Notes under the pieces: model-generated
Told to the model about the DNA's origin: nothing
The model's database searches: none
What the model saw: the letters and a program-made list of their open reading frames with translations, nothing else
Shown here: one piece after another, positions 28,411 through 36,000 of the stretch
Numbering within the stretch: the first letter of the stretch is position 1
Layout of the letters: the number at the start of each line of letters is the position of its first letter
Translations under genes and position numbers: made by a program
Source of the DNA: Candidatus Marinacidobacterales bacterium
GTDB lineage: Bacteria; Acidobacteriota; Vicinamibacteria; Marinacidobacterales; SMYC01
DNA: 64,000 nucleotides
NCBI GenBank assembly: GCA_965237685.1
Contig: CBDEGF010000003.1
Coordinates: forward strand, 1,276,069 to 1,340,068
Direction of reading: 5' to 3'

Positions 28411-29487
28411 TCACGCTCCTGACGCGATCTGCTCCGCCACGAACTCCCCCACCTCTCGCGTCGAGCGAGCGGCGCCCTCTCCGGCGAGATCGGCGGTCAC
28501 GACACCCTGAGACAGCGCGGAGTGAACGGCCCTGTCGATGGCCTGCGCCTCGTCCTCGAGAGAGAACGCGTGACGCAGCATCATCGCCGCCGAGGCGATG
28601 GCCCCCATCGGGTTCGCAACACCCTTGCCCGCGATGTCCGGCGCCGAGCCGTGCACCGGCTCGAAGAGTCCGATCGAGCCGCCGATGCTGGCCGACGGCA
28701 ACAGGCCGAGTGAGCCTGCCAGCACCGAGGCTTCGTCGCTGAGAATGTCGCCAAACAGGTTCCCGGTGACGATGACGTCGAACTGCGACGGATTCGAGAC
28801 GATCTCCATCGCCGCGCGATCGACGTACATGTGGTCGAGCTCGATGTCGCTGTAGTCTCGCGCGACGTCGCGGACGACCTCGCGCCAGAGCTTCGAGCTT
28901 TCCAGAACGTTTGCCTTGTCGATCGACGTCACCCGGCGACGACGCCCGGACGCCGCATCAAAGGCGACGCGGGCGATCCGTTCGATCTCGTCGGCGCGAT
29001 AACTCAGCGTATCGAAGGCGCGGCGCTGGCTTCCCTCCCCCTCGACGCCCCGGGGCTCACCGAAATAGAGACCTCCGGTGAGCTCTCGAACGATGAGAAG
29101 GTCGACGCCCTCGAGAACTTCCTTCCGAAAAGGCGACGACACCGCTACGCTTCCGGAAGCCACCACGGGACGAAGGTTGGCGAAGCACGACAGAAAGCGC
29201 CGCAGCTCGAGGAGCGCAGCTTCCGGTCGATCGCGAGGAGGCAAATGGTCGTGCGCCGGGTTGCCGACAGCGCCCAGCAGAATGGCGCCGGTGTCACGAC
29301 AGGCCTCCCGGGTCTCGTCAGGAAAACCGGTGCCTGTCTCATCCAGGGCACAGCTGCCGAACAGATGCTCGCAGAGCCGGAGCTCGTGGCCGCCGGCCTC
29401 GGCCACGGCTTTCAGAACGGCGACGGCTTCCTCAGTGACTTCGGGCCCGATACCGTCACCGGGCAGAACGGTGACGTCTAGTATCAT
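28411..29487 (-). CDS. leuB: 3-isopropylmalate dehydrogenase
   Basis: ORF track 28411..29532. Start at MILDVTVLPGDGIGPEV (29487). IDKANVL, GSLGLLPSASIG, NLFGDILSDEAS motifs. Confidence 0.9.
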   Translation of the reverse strand: MILDVTVLPGDGIGPEVTEEAVAVLKAVAEAGGHELRLCEHLFGSCALDETGTGFPDETREACRDTGAILLGAVGNPAHDHLPPRDRPEAALLELRRFLSCFANLRPVVASGSVAVSSPFRKEVLEGVDLLIVRELTGGLYFGEPRGVEGEGSQRRAFDTLSYRADEIERIARVAFDAASGRRRRVTSIDKANVLESSKLWREVVRDVARDYSDIELDHMYVDRAAMEIVSNPSQFDVIVTGNLFGDILSDEASVLAGSLGLLPSASIGGSIGLFEPVHGSAPDIAGKGVANPMGAIASAAMMLRHAFSLEDEAQAIDRAVHSALSQGVVTADLAGEGAARSTREVGEFVAEQIASGA

Positions 29488-29513
29488 TGGGACGTGATTG
29501 GAAACATAAAGGT

Positions 29514-29537
29514 GGGGGGTGCCTCTGGGCACCCCCC
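29514..29537 (-). terminator. perfect 10-bp GC hairpin (GGGGGGTGCC-tctg-GGCACCCCCC) followed on the minus strand by ACCTTTATGTTT. It lies 26 nt upstream of the leuB start, so it is a candidate attenuator or leader terminator.
   Basis: Read directly from the sequence. Confidence 0.4.
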
Positions 29538-30181
29538 TTGTGCTCCAATAAGAGAAGCCAAGAGTTTATGTGGAGTTAAGGACGGGGAAAGTAAAACAGC
29601 AGGATAAATTAGCGGGTTCGGTCGATGGATGGTTAAGACCCGGCGTATTTACAATTACGGGTCTAATGTGGACCCCTGGCGGGACACCCCTACTGGAAGC
29701 ACAAACATGAAACATAGGATATAAGTTATTGTATTGGGTAGCCGTATAGTAATCGCCCTCCTATTTGATGTCAAGGTCGAAATCACGGCGAGGTCGCACA
29801 AAACTCGACGACCGTTCGTAACTTATTTACAAAAGGAGTGTTAATTAACGTGTTCGCTTTCGAACACGTTACTACTGCGTGTCGGTGAGCAAAGTTCGGT
29901 TTTCACAACGATGGGGCTTCGTAAACACCGGTTTCCCGAAACTACTTGATTTCAATGGGTGTTTTCCCTTACTATTGTCCCAGAGTCGAGATAGACAACT
30001 AGCTCAAACATCACCAGCGAGATTCTGACAACACGCACACCGCGTTCTTGACGCGCTTTTTCTAGCGCTCACGAAGGCTGGGCGCCCGGGGTCCAGGTGC
30101 GAGTCCACACTTCAGACCGACACAGCCGGCGTGTCACGCCCGCACCAGACCGACGTCCAGGAGCAGGATAAGGAGAAGAAG
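29538..30181. promoter_or_regulatory. 640-bp AT-rich (~47% GC vs ~65% background) non-coding leader or divergent promoter region between leuB and the NfeD-flotillin operon. It contains several palindromes.
   Basis: No ORF of 60 or more codons. Palindromes: AGACCCG-N16-CGGGTCT (29637-29666), a 24-bp perfect palindrome (29847-29870), and GTTTCccGAAAC (~29932). Confidence 0.5.
29847..29870. promoter_or_regulatory. 24-bp perfect palindrome AACGTGTTCGcttTCGAACACGTT. It is a candidate operator or hairpin.
   Basis: Read directly from the sequence. An AAGGAG lies 11 nt upstream and the GTG inside the palindrome opens a 12-codon ORF (VFAFEHVTTACR). Confidence 0.4.
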
Positions 30182-30973
30182 GTGCAGGAGTTTTTGGCGG
30201 CCATCATGGCCTTCCCGACAGCGGTTTTCACCGTGCTGTTGGGATTTGTCTTGCTGTACTGGTTTTCCGTGATCCTCGGTGTGCTCGATCTCGATTTCCT
30301 GGACAGCCTGTTGGGCCTCGACGCGGCGGAGGGCGCCCTGGATGGCGCCGTCGAAACTCTGGAGGGTGCCGCGGAGGGCGCCCTCGAAGGTGTCGGCGAG
30401 GCCCTGGACGGCGTGGACGGGGCCCTGGAAGGCGGGGCGGAGGCTGGCGAAGCCGGCGCCGCCGATACGGTCGAAGGCGCCAGAGGCCTGCTGCACGCCC
30501 TGGGTGTTCAAGGTGTTCCCATCACCTTTCTAGGGAGTTTCATCATTTTCTGGGCCTGGGTGATCAGTTTCTTCGTGATGCAGCTTATCGGCGGTCCTGC
30601 CGCGTCGGGCGCGATGGGCGCGGTCATCGGCATCGGGGTCGCCTTCTTCGGGGTCGCCGCGGGCGTCGTCCTCGGTGCGTTGTGCGTGCGACCGTTGAGC
30701 GGGCTGTGCAAAGTGCACCAGGCTCCCGGGCGTGCTTCGCTCGTAGGAAAAATGTGCACCGTAACGTCTCTACGCGTGGACGCCAGTTCCGGCCAGGCGG
30801 AGATCGACAACGGGGGCGCCGGGGTCGTGGCAGAGGTGCGCTGTCTTCAGACCAACGATCTTGTGAAGGGCTCCCAGGCCCTCGTGTTCAAATACGACGC
30901 TTCCAAGGAGGTCTTTCATATCGGCCCGGTCGATCGGGCGATCACCGAAGTGGAGCGGCTTACGACCGACTGA
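30182..30973 (+). CDS. NfeD/YqiJ-like membrane protein (three TM helices plus a C-terminal OB-fold) with a Gly/Ala/Glu-rich repeat loop
   Basis: ORF track 30131..30973 (GTG). GTG 30182 is preferred because AAGGAG sits 5 nt upstream. TM helices, then ASLVGKMCTVTSLRVDASSGQAEIDNGGAGVVAEVRCLQTNDLVKGSQALVFKYD (NfeD-type OB beta-barrel). The stop is 19 nt before the flotillin start. Confidence 0.7.
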   Translation: MQEFLAAIMAFPTAVFTVLLGFVLLYWFSVILGVLDLDFLDSLLGLDAAEGALDGAVETLEGAAEGALEGVGEALDGVDGALEGGAEAGEAGAADTVEGARGLLHALGVQGVPITFLGSFIIFWAWVISFFVMQLIGGPAASGAMGAVIGIGVAFFGVAAGVVLGALCVRPLSGLCKVHQAPGRASLVGKMCTVTSLRVDASSGQAEIDNGGAGVVAEVRCLQTNDLVKGSQALVFKYDASKEVFHIGPVDRAITEVERLTTD

Positions 30974-30992
30974 GCAGTTGCAGGGGGAAAAT

Positions 30993-33008
30993 ATGAACGA
31001 CATCATGGTTTGGTTCGCCATCGGCGCCGCGGCGATCATGGGCTTCGGCATGCTCATGATGGTCGCCAAGTTCTACCGTAAGGTGGAGCAAGGCAAGGCG
31101 CTCATCGTCAACAAAATGCGGAAAGAGCCCGCTGTCACTTTCACCGGCGATTACGTCCTGCCGGTGATTCACAAGGCCGAAGTCATGGACATCTCGGTGA
31201 AAACCATCGAGATCGACCGGCGAGGCAAGGAAGGCCTCATATGCGGCGACAACATCCGTGCCGACATCAAGGTTACGTTCTTCGTCCGAGTGAACAACCT
31301 CAAGGAAGATGTCATCAAGGTCGCGCAGGCGATCGGCTGCGCACGGGCCTCTTCCCCGGAGACTCTCGAAGCACTCTTCAGCGCCAAGTTCTCCGAAGCC
31401 CTCAAGACGGTCGGCAAGCAACTCGACTTTGTCGACCTCTATACCAAGCGTGACGAATTCCGCGACGCTATCATCCAAATCATTGGACGCGACCTGAACG
31501 GCTACAAGCTCGAGGACGCCGCCATTGATTACCTCGAACAAACGCCTATGGAGCATCTCGAGGCAACCAACATTCTCGACGCCCAGGGCATCCGGAAGAT
31601 CACCCACCTCACCTCTCTCGAGCACGTTCGCACCAACGAGTTCGAGAACAACGAGAAGAAGTCTATCCGTAAGCAGGATGTCGAGGCGGCAGAAGCCATT
31701 CTCGAGCTCGACCGGCAGCACGCCGATGCCGAGTCGAAGCAGAAGCGCGAGATCGAGTCGGTGCGCGCCCGCGAAACGTCCGCCCTCAATCAGGTACAGG
31801 CGGAGGAGCGCCTCAAAGCGGAGACCGCTCGCATCAAAACGGATGAAGAGCTGGCCATCGCCGAAGAGAACAAGATGCGACAGGTCGAGGTCGCTCAGAA
31901 GAACCGCGAGCGGGTCATCGCGGTCGAAACCGAACGTGTCGAGAAAGATCGACAGCTCGAAGCCGTCTCCCGCGAGCGGGAGGTCGAGCTCCTGAGGATC
32001 GACAAAGAGAAGGCCCTGGAGGTCGAGCGCAAAGCCATTCAGGACGTCATCCGCGAGCGCGTGGCCGTCGAGAGGACGGTCGTGGAAGAACAAGAGCGCA
32101 TCAAAGAGCTGGTGGTCGTCGAAGAGGCGAAGCGCTTGAAGCAGGCCACGATCATCGCCGCCGAGGCGGAGGCCGAAGAAAGGCTGGTCAAGGACATCAA
32201 AGCGGCCGACGCCGAAGAGCAGGCGGCGAAGTTCCGCGCCCGCGAGCGCGTTACCCTCGCCGAGGCCGAGCTCGAAGCCTCCGACCGCGAAGCGAAGGCC
32301 AAGATGCGCATCTCCGAAGGTGTGCAGGCCGAGTCCGCGGCAGAGGGCCTGGCCCAGGCCCGGGTCAAGGAGGCCGATGCCGTGGCCACCGAGAAGTACG
32401 GCCTCGCCGAGGTTCGCCTCAAGGAAGCCGATGCGGCTGCCATCGAGCGCGTCGGCGCGGCGGAAGCCTCGGTCATCAGCGACAAGTTCAAGGCCGAGGC
32501 CGCCGGAATCGCGGAGAAGGCAGAGGCCATGAAGCAGCTGGACGCATCGAGCCGCGAGCACGAGGAGTTCCGGCTCAGGATCGAGAACGAGCGTGTCATC
32601 AGCATGGGCGCCATCAAAGCCCGCGAGGCCATCGCCGAATCGAAGGCGGAGATTCTCGCCGAAGCTCTCAAGAACGCCGACATCGACATCGTGGGGGGCG
32701 ACGGAGCGTTCCTCGACCGCATGGTAAATTCCATCGGCATGGGCAAGGCGGTGGACGAGTTCGTCGGGAAGAGCGACACGGTCTCACGACTCCTGAGCAG
32801 CTACCTCAACGGTGACAAGGACTTCATGAGCGACGTCAAGAAGGCGGTCTCGGCCGCTGGCATCACCGGCGACGGGCTGAAGGACATCACCATCGGTGCT
32901 CTCCTCGGGAACCTGATGTCGAAGACGAGCGGTGACGACCTGGCGAAGCTGAAGAAGCTCGAGCGCCAGGCGCGCGCCCTCGGAATGGAAGACGTGGAGT
33001 TGTCGTGA
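30993..33008 (+). CDS. flotillin-family protein (SPFH/band-7 domain plus a long EA-rich coiled coil)
   Basis: ORF track 30978 (TTG). ATG 30993. N-terminal TM (MNDIMVWFAIGAAAIMGFGMLMMV). SPFH core (KALIVNK...ISVKTIEIDRRGKEGLICGDNIRADIKVTFFVRV). ~350 aa of E/A/R/K heptad-like repeats. Confidence 0.85.
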   Translation: MNDIMVWFAIGAAAIMGFGMLMMVAKFYRKVEQGKALIVNKMRKEPAVTFTGDYVLPVIHKAEVMDISVKTIEIDRRGKEGLICGDNIRADIKVTFFVRVNNLKEDVIKVAQAIGCARASSPETLEALFSAKFSEALKTVGKQLDFVDLYTKRDEFRDAIIQIIGRDLNGYKLEDAAIDYLEQTPMEHLEATNILDAQGIRKITHLTSLEHVRTNEFENNEKKSIRKQDVEAAEAILELDRQHADAESKQKREIESVRARETSALNQVQAEERLKAETARIKTDEELAIAEENKMRQVEVAQKNRERVIAVETERVEKDRQLEAVSREREVELLRIDKEKALEVERKAIQDVIRERVAVERTVVEEQERIKELVVVEEAKRLKQATIIAAEAEAEERLVKDIKAADAEEQAAKFRARERVTLAEAELEASDREAKAKMRISEGVQAESAAEGLAQARVKEADAVATEKYGLAEVRLKEADAAAIERVGAAEASVISDKFKAEAAGIAEKAEAMKQLDASSREHEEFRLRIENERVISMGAIKAREAIAESKAEILAEALKNADIDIVGGDGAFLDRMVNSIGMGKAVDEFVGKSDTVSRLLSSYLNGDKDFMSDVKKAVSAAGITGDGLKDITIGALLGNLMSKTSGDDLAKLKKLERQARALGMEDVELS

Positions 33009-33018
33009 AGGTGCTCTC

Positions 33019-36000
33019 ATGACTACCGAGAGCGAGGCAGGCACTGTCAGCATCGAGCGCGGCACCTACGAGATCATCCGCGACCGGCTCCTCGGTCAAG
33101 GGAAAGAGCTCTCCACCAGGGCCGAGGCGCTCAACAAGAAGCGCCTCGAGCTCTTCGGTGGAACCGAGCTCGCGGTCATCGGCAACGAGCGGATCCGTAC
33201 CGCCAACAACTGCGTTCCCAGGGACATCAAGGAAGTCGGTCCCTTTCTCCTCTTCGGCTACAACGTCTTCATCGGCCTCAAGACCGAGACGGCGGTCGAG
33301 GACGTTTTCAGCCTTCATCGCTTCGAGGAGACCGACGGGGGCTTCACGTTCAATGCGGTGGCTCCGGACTCCCCCGATTACTTCCTGTCCGATCCCAGGT
33401 TACTGAAGGATTTCCGGGAGCTCTACGAGTATTACAAGAATTCTCGTCTGATCCAGCTCCGCCGCCTCGAAGGCAAGATCCTGGCCGTCTTCCAGATCGG
33501 CGAGAAGATATCGGACATCAGAGCGTTCCGCTGGGCGGTGGATGTCGATGGCAAAATCACCTACATCGACAACCGCGGCGAGCGGGATCACACCTTTCCT
33601 CCGCAGCATGACTTCGAGTGGACCCCTACCTCTCGAGAAGACCACGTCGCCGGTCGCCACCCACACGTCTCGATCCTGGACGAGGTCTTCGTCGAGACAG
33701 TGGGTGGCGACCTTACGGTGAAGGTGGAGGACAACACGGAATCCGGAACGGGGGTTTACGCCGAGCCGGTGGACGAGCCCGATCAGTCGCTCGACGACGC
33801 CGAGATCCATTACGCAAAAGTGGGGACGCTCATTCTGCTCAAGGTCCGCCCCTACAACGAGACCACCTGGCGTTATCTCGTCTTCAACACGCGGACGCAT
33901 AAAGTGAACCGCATCGACGCGATCGGACAGGCCTGTCTCGAGCTTCCCGAGGATCACGGCCTCATCTTCCCCGGCGGATACTACCTTCAGAGCGGCACCA
34001 CCAAGACGTTCGATCGCAACATCACAGGGATGGAGTTCCTTCGAACGATCCGCTCACCGAACGGCGAGGACGTCTTGTACGTCTTTCATCAGCGCAAGGA
34101 AGGCCGCACCATCCTGCTGCCTTACAACATGATCCGGAAGGAAGTACCGAATCCCCTCTACTGCCACGGCTTCAGTCTCTTTCCCGATGGCAAGGCAGTC
34201 ATCTTCCGCGCCGACTCGGATGAGCCGACCCGCGTCCACCGGATGCAGATCTGGCGCACACCGTTCATGAGCGACGAGCACATGACGGTCGCTCCCGTCA
34301 GCGACTCCTACCTCCAGAAAGTGGGGAACGCCGATCTCGTCCGGGGGGTGTCCGACTGCCTGAGCCTGGTCCGCATGGTGAACGAGCAGACGCCGACCCG
34401 ACAGAAGTACGAGGACCTGGTCGCCGCTGCCGAGCGGGTCATCGACGGCTACTACTGGCTCGACCATCAGGAAGTCGGAGAGCCCGCCGGCGTGGTGCGA
34501 GAGATTCACGAGACCGCAGAAGCGATCATCGACGAGTTCGAAAAAGTGGAAGCGCTTCGCCAGCTGGCGCGCGAAGCGATCGCGGAGACCGAGGCGAACA
34601 TCCAGGAGATCTTCCGTGGCATCTACCCGGACTCGTGGACCACCATCGACCGCTACGTCGAGTATCTGAGCAAGCTTCGCTCCGCACGAGGTCACGCCAT
34701 CACGCTCCGCGAGAAGCGCTACGTGGACCTGACGCGCCTCGACGAGCTCGAGCAGGAAGTCATCGAGCGCTTCGACGCGTTGAGCGCCCGCGCGGTCGAG
34801 TTTTTGACCGGGGAAGCTGCCCTCGCTCCCTACCACGAGCAGATCGCCACGCTCGAATCAGGCGTCGACGCACTCTCGAAAGTCACCGAAGCGAACGAGC
34901 ATCAGGAGAAGCTCCAGGCGGTCAGTGATGGCCTCGACTTGCTGACCGAGGTGGTGACCTCGCTCGACATCGAGGATGCGACGGTGCGAACCCAGATCCT
35001 GGAGAACATTTCCGAGATCATGGGAGGCCTGAACCGCGTGCGCGCCCTGATCGCCATCCGGCGCAAGGAGCTTCTTGGAAAAGAGAGCATCGCCGAGTTC
35101 GGCGTTCAGTTCCAGCTTTTGAGTCAGAGCGTGACCAGCGCCTTGAGTCTGTCCGACACACCGGAGGCCTGCGACGAGCAGCTCCCCAAGATGATGCTCC
35201 AGCTCGAGGAGCTCGAGACCCGCTTCTCGGAGTTCGACGAGTTCGTCACCGAGCTCACCACCAAGCGCGAGGAGATCTACGAAGCTTTCACGTCGAAGAA
35301 ACAGTCCCTCGTCGATCGGCGGCAGCGACGCGCGCAGCGGCTTCTCCAAGCGGCCGAACGCATTCTCCAGGGCGTGATCCGGCGCGCCGAGACGTTCGAG
35401 ACCGACGACGATCTCAACGCCTTCTTTGCCGCCGACGCGATGGTGGCAAAGCTTCGCGCCACCGCCGACAAGCTCCGGAAGCTCGGGGATTCGGTAAACG
35501 CCGACGAGGTCGAAACTCGCCTGAAAACCGCCCGGGAAGAAGCAGCACGAGGACTTCGGGATCGCCGCGACATCTACGAGGAGGGCGCGAGCGTCATCAA
35601 GCTCGGCAAGCATCGCTTCAGCGTCAACACGCAGCCTCTCGAGCTCACGATGGTGCCGCGGGACGGCGGCATGGCCTTCCACCTCACCGGAACTGGCTTC
35701 TACGAGACTGTGTACGACGAAACCTTTTCCGCAACGAAGGACTTCTGGAACCAGGAGCTCGTTTCCGAGACGAAAGAAGTCTACCGGGGCGAGTATCTCG
35801 CCGCCTCGATTCTCGAGGATGCCGAGCTCGGCCGCGCCGCTCTGTCGATCGCGAAGCTTCAGGAGGCGGCCCTCGCCGACGGCCAGCTCCTGTCGCTCGT
35901 ACGCGACTATGCCTCGGAGCGCTACGACGAGGGCTACGAGCGAGGCCTCCACGATGCCGATGCGACCCTCATCCTCTCGAAGCTCCTGCCGATGCACCAG

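Noticed and set aside
29505-29540. sigma54-like -24/-12 element (TGGGCAC...TTGTGC) near the leuB hairpin
   Set aside because: The GG to GC spacing is 12 nt, not the canonical 10. It is simply one arm of the hairpin. No PspF-type activator is in the window.
29540-30130. tmRNA, T-box or other known ncRNA in the AT-rich island
   Set aside because: No tmRNA tag-peptide or CCA-end structure. No T-box AAnnnGGGTGGnACCGCG motif. This cannot be decided without a covariance search, so I kept it only as an unexplained regulatory region.
30960-32561. 533-aa minus ORF opposite flotillin; also 34858..36336 (492 aa), 36385..37713 (442 aa) and 38327..39262 opposite the giant gene and pspA
   Set aside because: The long antisense ORFs are a consequence of the EA/LR-rich coiled-coil coding sequence, which has few stop codons on the opposite strand. 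They have no start context or motifs.
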